This document shows positions 26,322 to 37,560 of a DNA stretch of 64,000 nucleotides, one piece after another. The stretch comes from Octopus sinensis. Lineage: Eukaryota. The translations under genes were made by a program, and so were the position numbers. Numbering within the stretch: the stretch's first letter is position 1; every line of letters begins with the position of its first letter. The notes under the pieces were generated by a model. The model was not told the origin of the DNA. It searched no databases and saw only the letters and a program-made list of their open reading frames with translations. The stretch is taken from NCBI RefSeq assembly GCF_006345805.1, contig NC_043002.1, forward strand, positions 4,092,001 through 4,156,000, in the 5' to 3' direction.

Positions 26322-27035
26322 GTGCCAATATGGAATACAATAGTGTCTCATACTCAGGACCTTCATCAGCTTCAAGACCTTAGAACCACATTAGTCAAGA
26401 GACACTATCTACCCTCAATTATAGATAATGAGATTAATTGTGCCAAGAAAATATTTATCAAAACATTAAGGAAAACAAAACAAAATCCCACACTTCATCT
26501 AAAAATACTGCCCTGTATATCAACACACAACTCTAGAAGCATTGAGGTATACAACATCTATCAATGCTCACTAGGGGCCCAAAGATAAACCATGTTCTAC
26601 AAATATGTGAATTCATCAAATGTAAAAAAAACAACCCAAATCACTAAAAAGAATACTGGCAAATGCGAGACTTGACCCAACAGCAATGAAACTAATAGTT
26701 AAAAAATGCAAACATCCAAATTGTGGAACATGCCCCAACTTGCTGGCAGGTTCAAAATCCCACTTCAAGTGAGAACAGAGATTCACAATTAAGACCAATT
26801 TCACTTGTGCATCCGAAAATGTGATATCTTGCTCAGGATGTGGACACAACTATATAGGTCAGACAAAGATGTCACTTAGATGGAGAAGTACACTATGCGA
26901 GGAACAAATTCATTTCCTCTAACCAAACTTCATGGTTTTCCCCATCTACCAGTGCAAGGAAACAATCTCTATACAGGAACAATTAAATAAAGAGAAAATA
27001 TTTATTGAAAAATACAAACTGCATATGAAAACATA
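26322..27035 (+). pseudogene. Penelope-like element ORF C-terminal remnant (linker plus GIY-YIG endonuclease)
   Basis: KRHYLPSIIDNEINCAKK; CKHPNCGTC...FTIKTNFTCASENVISCSGCGHNYIGQTKMSLRWR, matching the PLE Cys-rich/GIY-YIG pattern. Confidence 0.85.
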
Positions 27036-27560
27036 ACCAATTTTGGATTTTGTAAATATTTTAATTCATAAACACATAACAAACTTTGTACATATTTTAT
27101 TTCATCATTTTAATTCATGATTTTATAAATTCATAATATAAATACTATAAATTTACCCTCACTAAAAAGTGTACCCTAAAAAAATAGTGCACCCCACCAA
27201 AAAAGTGTAATTACTTTCCCTATCTCAAATAATAGTAGTCACTGATTATCTTCCCCTAAATTTTTTCACATGCTGGTTCATTTACAAACAAACTCTCATA
27301 CAAACAATACAGAGTAAAGATTTCTTAAGATACTATGAAGTTGCAATATTTTCACCAATTTCCCAGTCATGATTATCAAAATGTGAAACCGGTAGATTAT
27401 CATAATATTTTATCTTATAAAATATATTAAAAATATATAAATTTGTGCATTTTCCTTCTTTTGTTATATATTTGTTTACTACAACTCACCACATGGGAAA
27501 AATCTCTTCAATGAAATTTGTTATTACTATATATATGTATATATATATATACATATATAT

Positions 27561-27640
27561 CATCATCATCTAGCGTCCGCTTTCCATGCTTGAACCGTCC
27601 AACCCATGCTAGCATGGAAAGCGGACGCTAAATGATGATG
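27561..27640. repeat. Foldback of a family C SINE tail (30-bp arms, 20-nt loop)
   Basis: CATCATCATCTAGCGTCCGCTTTCCATGCT versus AGCATGGAAAGCGGACGCTAAATGATGATG. Confidence 0.85.
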
Positions 27641-27651
27641 ATGATGACGAT

Positions 27652-27697
<46 letters not shown>

Positions 27698-27733
27698 TGC
27701 ACATGCACACACACACACACATATATATGCATG

Positions 27734-27780
<47 letters not shown>

Positions 27781-28205
27781 GTATGTATGTGTATATAAAT
27801 ATATATATATATATATGTATGTATATGTATGTGTATGTCTGTATGTGTATGTATATACAGAGAGTGGGGAAAGGAAGAGAAACAAACTCATACATAAATA
27901 CGTGTGTGTGTGTGTGTGTTTCTTGAATATTGGAGCCGATGATAATTAATCAAAACATCGCTAAAGATTTTCTCATAAATGAAATTCATGTTTTTATTTG
28001 CTTTTGCAGTTCAAGAAAGAATTTCCACTTTCAACTCACTTCTTATAGCTTTGAGTCAGAAGTTCAATGGAGTGTATGCATGTGATGCGTGCATGAGTGT
28101 GTGTGTATTTATGTGTCTCTGTGTTTGTGTGTGAGCACATGTGTGTATGTGTATGTGTGTGTATATGTGTATGCATGTGTATATGTGAATGCATTTGCAT
28201 GTCTG

Positions 28206-28257
<52 letters not shown>

Positions 28258-28269
28258 TATATATATATG

Positions 28270-28323
<54 letters not shown>

Positions 28324-29424
28324 TTCAGATGAATATATATATAGAGAGAGATTCAGATGAATATATATATAATTTTTGTATATGTACATTATGTAATGTG
28401 TATATGTATATATATATATATATATGTGCATTTATGCATACATATATGTTATGTGTATGTATGTGTTCATGGGAACATTATGTACATGTATGTAAGCAAA
28501 TGTTATGCCTATGTGTGTGTGTGTGTGTGTTGATGTGGTGGTAAGAGAACTTGCTGTGACATTGTCAAGCTCTCTCTCATTAATGATGATAATTAGTTTG
28601 CTGCAATGTCATTTGATGTGCCAGAGTTAGGAAATGCTCACCAAGGCATTTCTTCCTTATGCAATAATTCTTCTCTGTTTCAGAAGTGGGTGGTGGTGGT
28701 GGTGGTGGTGGTGGTGGTGGTGGTAGACATAATGCCATGAAGAAGAAAAAGAAAAGAAAAAATGCAAGTTGGGGTGGGGGTGGGGGTGGAAGAGGAGATC
28801 TTATAATGTCATATCTTGTTCAAACCCTTCATGTCTTTTTTTTCTTTTGATTAATTTGTTTTGAAAGTCTTTTATTCTTCTAATCTGTTCTTTTTTTTAA
28901 AGTTTGACATCATGCAAGGTCATTTTAAACTATCAATCCTCCACAGATAGTAAACAGATACCAGTAATATCATGAGGTCAGTTTCAATCATCAGTCTCCT
29001 CTTGCTATTGGACAAACAATGGAGTCTCTGGATTTTTTAAAATGTGGTTGCACTCAACCAGTGGGAAAAATCACAATCTGAATCCTTTCCCAACCGTCTC
29101 TGTGCATGCGTGCACACACGTGCAGATATGTGTGTGTGAGTGTGTGCATGCATGTGTGTGTATGCATGTGTGTGTGTGTATGCATGTGTGCATGTGTGCA
29201 TGTGCGCGTGTGTGTGTGTGTGTGTGTGTTTGTGTTTATATTTGTTCTCCATCAGCATCGTTTGAACACCAATGTCGGTTTGTTTACATCCCTGTAACTT
29301 TGTGGCCCAGCAAAAGATACCAGCATTAAAAATTAATGACTGGGGTTGACTTGCTTGACTAAACCTCTCAAAGTCATGCTCCAGCATGGCCACAGTTCAA
29401 TGACTGAAACAAGTAGACAATAGG

Positions 29425-29840
29425 TACAGGCATGGCTGTGTGATAAAAAGCTGGCTTCCCAACCACATGGTTCTGGGTTCAGTCCCACTGCATGGCACCT
29501 TGGGCAAGTGACTTTTACTGTAGCCTCGGGCCAATCAAAGCCTTGTGAGTGGATTTGGTATATGGAAACTGAAAGAAGCTTGTCATATATGTGTGTGTGC
29601 ACGTGTGTGTGTGTGTATGTGTGTGTGTGTGTATTTGTCCCCCACCACCACTTGACAACTAGTGTTTCTATGTTTACATTCCCATGACTTAGTGGCTCGA
29701 CAAAAGAGATCAACAGAATAAGTAACAGGCTCTCAGAAAAACAGTGCTGGGGTTGGGGGGGTTGATTCATTAGACTAAAAGTTCTTCAGTACTCCAGCAT
29801 GGCCACAGTCTAATGATTGAAACCAGTAAAAGATAAAAAG
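29425..29840 (+). mobile_element. Family B SINE copy
   Basis: Family B head, core and tail. Confidence 0.8.
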
Positions 29841-30166
29841 AATAATACAAAACATAAAGAATGTGCAAAAAAGAAAGAGGAAAAGTAAAAGAAAAAAAGA
29901 AAAGTAATTAAAAATAATTAATGAGTTGATTTATGATATTTCAATCAATATTTCTTTTATCTTTTAGTTTTTACTTGTTTCAGTCATTGGACTGGGGTCA
30001 TGCTGGAGCACTGCCTTGGAAGTTTTGGTTGAGCAAATTGACCTCAGGACTTATTTTTTGACTCTGGAATTAGTTCTATCGGTCTCTTTTGCTGAACCAC
30101 TAAGTTGTGCGTGTGGCTGTAAACAAACCTGTACCTGTTGTGATGCAGTGGCGGACAGACATGAAG

Positions 30167-30198
<32 letters not shown>

Positions 30199-30203
30199 CT
30201 ATC

Positions 30204-30250
<47 letters not shown>

Positions 30251-30254
30251 ATAT

Positions 30255-30321
<67 letters not shown>

Positions 30322-30379
30322 CACACATACACACACACACACATATATATATATGATTGACTGCTAGCTACTAAAGCCT

Positions 30380-30540
30380 TCTTTTTTTATTCTCTCTCTG
30401 TTTATTTTCTTGTGTTCCTTTCCGTTGAAGAGCGTAGGCTCGAAATGTAAAAGACATTCTCACCTTCCTCAGTGTTAAACTAATACACGTCTTTGTTGTT
30501 TACACACCTGTCTTCGTCTTTTTTTTTTTGCAAATTCCAA
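30380..30540 (+). mobile_element. Penelope-like terminal-repeat remnant with degenerate hammerhead core
   Basis: CTTT-CCGTTGA-A-GAGC gtag GCTC-GAAA-TG-TA-AAAG at 30418-30453; a homologous copy lies in opposite orientation at 32530-32680. Confidence 0.6.
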
Positions 30541-30559
30541 ACATATATACATATATATA

Positions 30560-30776
30560 CGAGGGGGTGCTAAAAAGTTCCTGGCTTTGGGTGAAAGAAA
30601 ATACAGGAAGATCTGCTAATTATGATTTTATTCAACAGATTCCCCTCTCAGATTCACACACTTATTGCAGCAGTCCTTCAGTTTTTCTAAACCCTGCAAA
30701 AGAACTCGCAAGATTGGGCCTCCGATCAGGCCTTTTGTGATGCTCATAAAACCAGAAACTTTTCAGCCCCACACCA
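30560..30776. mobile_element. Mariner-derived MITE remnant
   Basis: TA-CGAGGGGGTGCTAAAAAGTTCCTGG start; degenerate complementary end CCAGAAACTTTTCAGCCCC. Confidence 0.65.
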
Positions 30777-30785
30777 CCATTTGTT

Positions 30786-30825
<40 letters not shown>

Positions 30826-30830
<5 letters not shown>

Positions 30831-31452
30831 CTCACTTCTGCTGTTTACAGCAGTGCTTGGAAGGAAGGTGTGTAGCATGTGATTGTTGCATTGACCATGA
30901 CGGAGAAAGATGAGCTGAAAATTTGCATAAAATTTTGGCAAAATCTTGGCAATACCTGCTCAAAGGCCTACACAAAGTTTTCAAAGATTTTCATTGATCT
31001 CAACACAATCAATGAGATCTTGTGCAACTGAAACCCAAGTGTCTTGTTAGTCTGCTGAAAGAAGTTTTGTCACAAACTTGGCAGACATGAGTCTCATACC
31101 CAAACCTTCAGTGATAATGGACTGAACTGAACCGTAACTAATCTTCACATCCTCTGATAACTCACGGATATTGATTTGACGATTTTCCCTCACAGCTGCA
31201 AGCATATCTGTGATGTTTTTCTCAATTCTGCTAGCTGCAGGCCTCCCAGAATATTCATCAATATCGACATTTTTTCGGCCATCTCGGAAACGTCTGAACT
31301 ACTCATACACTCCTCTCCATACACTTTCTACAACTTTGTGTAGGTCTCTGAACAAGTATCATTATGAAAACTTTCTTTGTCATGGTCAATGCATTGATCA
31401 CATGCTACACACCTTCCTTCCAACCACTGCTGTAAACAGTGGAAGTGAACTA
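30826..31452. pseudogene. Foldback pair of mariner 5' ends and transposase N-terminus
   Basis: Plus: MTEKDELKICIKFWQNLG. Minus: RFRDGRKNVDIDEYSGRP..RENRQINIRELSEDVKISYGSVQSII..LGMRLMSAKFV. 30826-30980 is an inverted copy of ~31335-31452. Confidence 0.85.
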
Positions 31453-31654
31453 GAATGTCAAAACTTCATGCACATGCATAGCAGAGCTCAAGGTCAATTT
31501 TTGCCTAGTTGCTTCACTCTGTGTGCTTTGACTTTGTTACTATGACAACAGTCTGGATGCTTATTGAACAGATCACATATATATGCATATATATGTGTAT
31601 ATATATATATATATACGTGCTTGCGAAGACCAGCTGAGGCATGTGAAATCACTC

Positions 31655-32226
31655 AATCAAAAGCAAAATCAAAATCAAATTCGATGACTGGCGGCCGTGC
31701 TAGCAGGGTGCAAAGAGCAGCATACAAGCGTGATCATTGACAGAGCGGCTAACCGGCTTCCGTGCCAGTGGCACTTAAAAGGCACCATTCGAGCGTGATC
31801 GTTACCTGCGTTGCCTTACTGGCACTTGTACCTGTGCTAGTAGGGTGCCAAGAGCACCATCCGAGCGTGATCGTTGCCAGAGTAGCCAACTGGCTTCCGT
31901 GCCAGTGGCACGTAAAAGGGCACCATTTGAGCGTGATCGTTACCAGCATCGCCTTACTGGTACCTGTGCTGGTGGCATGTGTAAAAGATTCGAGTGAGGT
32001 CTTTGCCAATATCGCCTGACTGGCCCTGTGCCAGTGGCACGTAAAAAGTACCCACTACACTCACAGAGTAGTTGGCGTTAGGAAGGGCATCCAGCTGTAG
32101 AAACTCTGCCAGATCAAGATTGGAGCCTGGTGCAGCCATCTGGTTTGCCAGCCCACAGTCAATATTGTCCAATCCATGCTAGCATGGAAAGCGGACATTA
32201 AACGATGATGATGATGATGATGATGA

Positions 32227-32230
<4 letters not shown>
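31655..32230 (+). mobile_element. SINE-like family C copy (long)
   Basis: Family C body and (GAT)n tail. Confidence 0.85.
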
Positions 32231-32272
<42 letters not shown>

Positions 32273-32400
32273 TATATATATAATATATATGTATATATAG
32301 TTAATCCAAACACTAAAACACAAAAAGAAAATACAACAACGCAAGGACGTGGAACAAATATAATATTATTGGATGCTCAGGAAAGAAGGGAAGAAGGAGG

Positions 32401-32435
32401 GTTTTACGTTTCGAGTGGAGCTCTTCGTCAGAAAC
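32401..32435 (-). ncRNA. Minimal type-I hammerhead ribozyme motif (Penelope-type)
   Basis: Minus RNA: GUUU-CUGACGA-A-GAG cucca CUC-GAAA-CG-UA-AAAC. Intact CUGANGA and GAAA core, stem I 4 bp, stem II 3 bp, palindromic ACGU in place of stem III, GUA cleavage triplet. Confidence 0.75.
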
Positions 32436-32529
32436 ATAGGAAAAGGAAAGATCCAAAGAAGGGAAGATGGAGGGAAACAATCGCCAACGGTACACACGCG
32501 GTCACATACATATATATATATATAGTTGG

Positions 32530-32680
32530 ACTTCATAAAAAAACAAAAGTCGAAGACAGGTGTGTAAGCAACAAACAGATGTATTAGTTTAATGCTTGGG
32601 AAATGGGAAAGTCTTTTATGTTTCAGCAGAAAGGAACACAGAAATAAACAGAGAGAGAAAATAAAAAGAGGGAGAAAATA
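32530..32680 (-). mobile_element. Penelope-like terminal-repeat remnant with hammerhead stem II deleted
   Basis: Reverse-complement homolog of 30380-30540; reads CTTTCTGCTGA|AACATAAAAGAC, lacking the stem II segment. Confidence 0.6.
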
Positions 32681-32682
32681 TA

Positions 32683-32716
<34 letters not shown>

Positions 32717-33014
32717 AGAAAATGAAGAGGAGAGTGGAGACTTATTCACATCCAAAACTTTTTATCTAAAATGTTTTCTACATATTTTTAATAAAAAGTT
32801 TTGGATGTGAATAAATCTCCACTCTCCTCTTCATTTTCAATTGTAGACTCTACGGAATGTTTGCAGTTCTGAACAGGAACAAGGACCTATTCCAACAAAC
32901 AAGTACCAATATCTACTTATATTTGAGTACTATGTAATTCGAGTGTTGCAGATAGCCTGCATCAATACCATTTTATGAGATAATTGAGTATCTGAGAGGA
33001 TAATTTAACCCTTT

Positions 33015-33056
<42 letters not shown>

Positions 33057-33098
33057 CCATTTCAATATGGCTACCCCTAAGGGTGGATGCTACTGTAG

Positions 33099-33148
<50 letters not shown>

Positions 33149-33269
33149 AAGTATATATGGAAGTATATGGAAGTATATATATATATGGAAGTATGCTGTG
33201 TGTGAGAAGACCCGGCAAGACCAGTGAGAACAATCAAAATCAAAACATATATCAGAAAGCAGGGGTTAA

Positions 33270-34055
33270 GTGACCCATCCGTTCGTGTCCGCTGACAGCC
33301 TCGTCTGGCACCCGTGCCGGTGATACGTAAAAGCACCATTCGCTCGTGGCCGTTTGCCAGCTCTGCCTGGCCCCGTGTCGGTGGCACGTAAAAGCACCAT
33401 CCGTTCGTGTTCGTTGCCAGCCTCGCCTGGCCCCGTGCCAGTGACACGTAAAAGCACCGTCCGTTCGTGGCCGTTTGCCAGCTCTGTCTGGCCCCGTGTC
33501 GGTGGCACGTAAAAGCACCATCCGTTCGTGGCCGTTTGCCAGCTCTGTCTGGCCCCGTGTCGGTGGCACGTAAAAGCACCATCCGTTCGTGTCCGTTGCC
33601 AGCCTTGGCTGGCCCCCGTGCCGGTGACACGTAAAAACACCGTCCGCTCGTGGCCGTTTGCCAGCTCTGTCTGGCAACCGTGTCGGTGACACGTAAAAGC
33701 ACCGTCCGTTCGTGGCCGGTTGCCAGCTCTGTCTGGCCCCGTGTCGGTGGCACGTAAATGCACCATCCGTTCGTGTCCGTTGCCAGCATCGCCTGGCCCC
33801 GTGCCGGTGACACGTAAAAGCACCATCCGTTCATGGCCGTTCGCCAGCTCTGTCTGGCACCTGTGCAGGTGGCACGTAAAAAACACCACTACACTCGCGG
33901 AGTGGTTGGCGTTAGGAAGGGCATCCAGCCGTAGAAACACTGCCAGATCTGACTGGGCCTGACGAAGCCTTCCAGCTTCACAGACCCCAGTTGACCCGTC
34001 CAACCCATGCTAGCATGGAAAGCGGACGCTAAACGATGATGATGATGATGATGAT
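33270..34055 (+). mobile_element. Family C SINE with expanded internal ~59-bp tandem repeat (~10 units)
   Basis: Repeated GCACCATCCGTTCGTGGCCGTTTGCCAGCTCTGTCTGGCCCCGTGTCGGTGGCACGTAAAA followed by the family C tail. Confidence 0.88.
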
Positions 34056-34121
34056 ATATATATATATATGTATATATATATAGATATAGATATAGATATA
34101 GATATAATATATATATATATA

Positions 34122-34710
34122 CAGCCACACCTCGAATACTGCTGCCCACTGTGGTCTCCCCATACAAGACAAAACATCTCGATGATTGAATCACCCCAGA
34201 GAGCACTCACTAAACGAATTGAAGGCATGGCTGCTCTCGATTATTGGGATCGCCTTAAAGCCTTGAAATTCTACTCTCTCCAGTGTCGCCATGAGCGGTA
34301 CATCATTTGTACGATGTGGAGAATATACCGCCAACTTTGCCCAAACGACCTGAACATTAGCTTCAAGGTCCATCCAAGACTGGGACCACGGGCCATACAT
34401 CCCCTGCCCAATTCAAGATCACAGCATACATGTACACTGCAACATAATTTCTTTTCCTCAACAGGCCCTGCCCTATTTAACATTGTCCCGAAAGAGATCA
34501 AAGAGGAAAAGGATCCCATCAACTTTAAATGGAGTCTTGATAGATTCCTTTAAGGAATACCAGATAAGCCACCCATAATTGGATACAACTCACCCAACAA
34601 AAACTCACTACTTGAATGGACCATAAACAAAACTTGACTTAAACAGGATTCGAATAATCCTATCAGGTGGTGCTATTAAGTTAGACATTGCCTGGACCAA
34701 TCTTTGGTCG
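34122..34710 (+). mobile_element. 5'-truncated CR1-group LINE 3' end
   Basis: PHLEYCCPLWSP..IESPQRALTKRIEG..YWDRLKALKFYSLQCRHERY..GPALFNIVP..FKWSLDRFL. Confidence 0.85.
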
Positions 34711-34721
34711 AAACATATCTA

Positions 34722-34768
<47 letters not shown>

Positions 34769-35622
34769 TTACATGATGTGCTGCCACACAGTTTCCATTT
34801 ACCAAATTCACTCACATGATATTGGCTGGCTTGCCCAAGGTGCTGTGCAGTGGAATTGAACCTGAAACTATGTAATTGGAAAGTGAGCCTCTCAACCACT
34901 CAGCCCAGTCTGTATTTTTCTTTTTATATATTTTTTTTAAAATCTTTTTTAATTTCTGTAATTTCTTTAATTTAAAGTTACCCATGGTTGATTTACATTT
35001 TCACTCCTCAGTCAACAAATACTGGCAATATCTTGCTTTAAGCTCATTTATTTTCCTTCCGATCTATTAAAGGAGGCACAGCCATTTTCATATCCATCTA
35101 TACACTCGATGGGAACTTCCACCGACCGAATTCCTTCACAAGGCTTTGGACAACCTGAAGCTCTAGCAGAAGACACTTTCCCAAAGTGTCATGTATGAGA
35201 CTGAATCCGAAACCATGTGGCAGAGAAGCAAGTTTCCAAACCACACAGCCATGCCTGCAATTGGCAGAATTATTAGACTGGTGAACAAATATTTTCTGTT
35301 GATGGCTCTACCTTGCTCTTTGCTTTCAGAACATCTTCCACATTCTTCCATGGTCAACTTTGGCTTTCATCTCATATTTGCATATATCACAGACTACATC
35401 GTACAATGTTCAGTTTTTGTTAAGATGGTCGAGTAATTTAAGCTAATGCTTGGCTACTATCTCTAGCATACCAAGTGGCTTTGTACAGACGCCCTCCATT
35501 GAAACAGCAATATTGTTCATAATGAGATTTTGCCCCAGATCAGCACTAATCAGACGAACCCGATAATCAAAAGTTATCCAAGCTATGACAATTCTGTCCT
35601 GGTTTTTTTTTTTATAAATACA

Positions 35623-36035
35623 AGGCAGCAAGTTAGCAGAACCGTTAGCACGCCGGGCAAAATGCTTAGCAGTATTTCGTCTTGTCTTTACATTCTGAGT
35701 TCAAATTCCGCCAATGTCGACTTTGCCTTTCATCCTTTCGGGGTCGATAAATTAAGTACCAGTAACGCACTGGGGTCGATGTAATCGATTTAATCCCTTT
35801 GTTCTTGTTTGTCCCTTCTATGTTTAGCCCATTGTGAGTAGTAAAGAAATAGGTATTTCGTCTGCCGTTACGTTCTGAGTTCAAATTCCGCCGAGGTCGA
35901 CTTTGCCTTTCCTCCTTTCGGGGTCGATAAATTAAGTACCAGTAACGCACTGGGGTCGATGTAATCGATTTAATCCCTTTGTCTGTCCTTGTTTGTCCCC
36001 TCTGTGTTTAGCCCCTTGTGGGTAACAAAGAAATA
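35623..36035 (+). mobile_element. Dimeric family A SINE
   Basis: Two tandem bodies with junction TAGTAAAGAAATAGGTATTTCGTCTGC, identical to the 24.5-kb dimer junction. Confidence 0.85.
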
Positions 36036-37189
36036 AGGACCATTGGCATACTGGGTAAAATGCAGGGTGGCATTTCATCCATCTTTATGTTCTAAGTTCA
36101 AATTCTGTCAAGATTGGCTTTGCTTTTTATCCTTTCAGGGGTTGACAAAAGAAGTACCAGTTGAATGCTGGGCTCAATATAAATGACTTACCTCCTCCCT
36201 GGAACTTGCTGACCATGTACCAAAATTTGAAACCAATATTTTTTTAATACACATTATCCAATGTATCATTCCTTTAAAACTGCATGTTGTAATTTTAGGA
36301 ATATTCAACCACTATTTCAATTCAGCCTAGCAGCAACATAGAGGCTCTTTTGTTAGTTCCTATAAAAAGTTACTGATCTAGTGCTAAGCACTAGATCAGC
36401 TTTCTGATCTGGTAGACAGATTCAAAAGATTTCTAACTGTGACAATCATTTTCCATTTTACCTTTCTTTTTTTTTTTTAAATGTAGTCCATCTACTGTGA
36501 CCTTCCTTTTTTTTTGTAGGATATATGATGACTTCAGAAGGATTTGACTTCTATTTCTAGCATAGCAAGTGATTGCATAAAACCCCTCTGGTTGGCATGA
36601 TTGTTGTAATAGGATTGCAGTGGGAATAATAAAATAACCTGAGAAGAACATCACACAATACAACAAACAATGACAGTCGACATACACACAAAAATACTCC
36701 ACATCACTTCCGATATTCAACAATGCATACTGTGTTCTATTCAATGCAGTTCCATATCAGCACTTCAGCATATTTCCTACCATATTCAAATTCCATCAAG
36801 TAAAGAAAATGTGTTCCAATCAACTGCCATCAACACACATCAGCCATACCATCAACTAATTCTCTCAGCCAACGTCAGCCATTCACTGCCAATATTTCCA
36901 TAAAACATTTCACTATAGACTCCACAAATGGAGCAGAGAAGAGCAGATGAAGGCAGCCACTGTGTAATCACCCGGAAAAGTAGCAAACTACACAGCAAAA
37001 CAATATGCCTTCGCAATCTTTACACACATCATTAATCACATTCTTCCACATATATAGCACACTTTTATTTGTTTCAGCCAACGATGTGGCCATTCTAGAG
37101 CACTGCCATTAGTGTGATTGCAAGTTTATTTCAACTCCCTTCACTGCTTCTCTCTCCACGTTTGGTTCTGGTGAAGTGGTCAGTTGGAC

Positions 37190-37560
37190 AAGGCTGCCTC
37201 TTTTTCGGGTTTCTTGCTGTTTTTCAGATAAAAATTTGTCAAAATGTTCTTTGAAGACATCCAGATTTACACCTCACAGGTTTCTGAGGCCTGTTGGTAA
37301 GAAACTGAACAGAACCCTAAGCTGTTACTGTATTGGGTCCTTACTCTAAATGGAGAGGGTGGGGGTCTTTGCTACTATGCAGTGGCATCCAGTTCAGAGT
37401 TTGATATAGCATTCATTTCCAAAGTTAGGTGCTCAACCCTCTAGGACCCTCCAGAGATGTATCACTGTACATCTTTTGCTTTCTTCAATATGAAGGAGAG
37501 TCAGTTCTTTTAGCTTCTCCCAATAGCTCCTTTGTGCACCAGGGCAATCTTTTTGGTAAG
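37190..37560 (-). pseudogene. Decayed CR1-group LINE 3' end
   Basis: SYWEKLKELTL...IHLWRVLEG*APNFG...LFSFLPTGLRNL..VFKEHFDKFL, collinear with the 34.1-kb element. Confidence 0.7.

Noticed and set aside
28642-28674. 33-nt minus-strand micro-exon (CAG...TTG|GTGAGC)
   Set aside because: The acceptor tract is a GGT microsatellite and there is no other support; likely chance.
32962-34003. 245-290 aa ORFs as protein-coding genes
   Set aside because: Read-through of a SINE-internal tandem repeat on the antisense strand.
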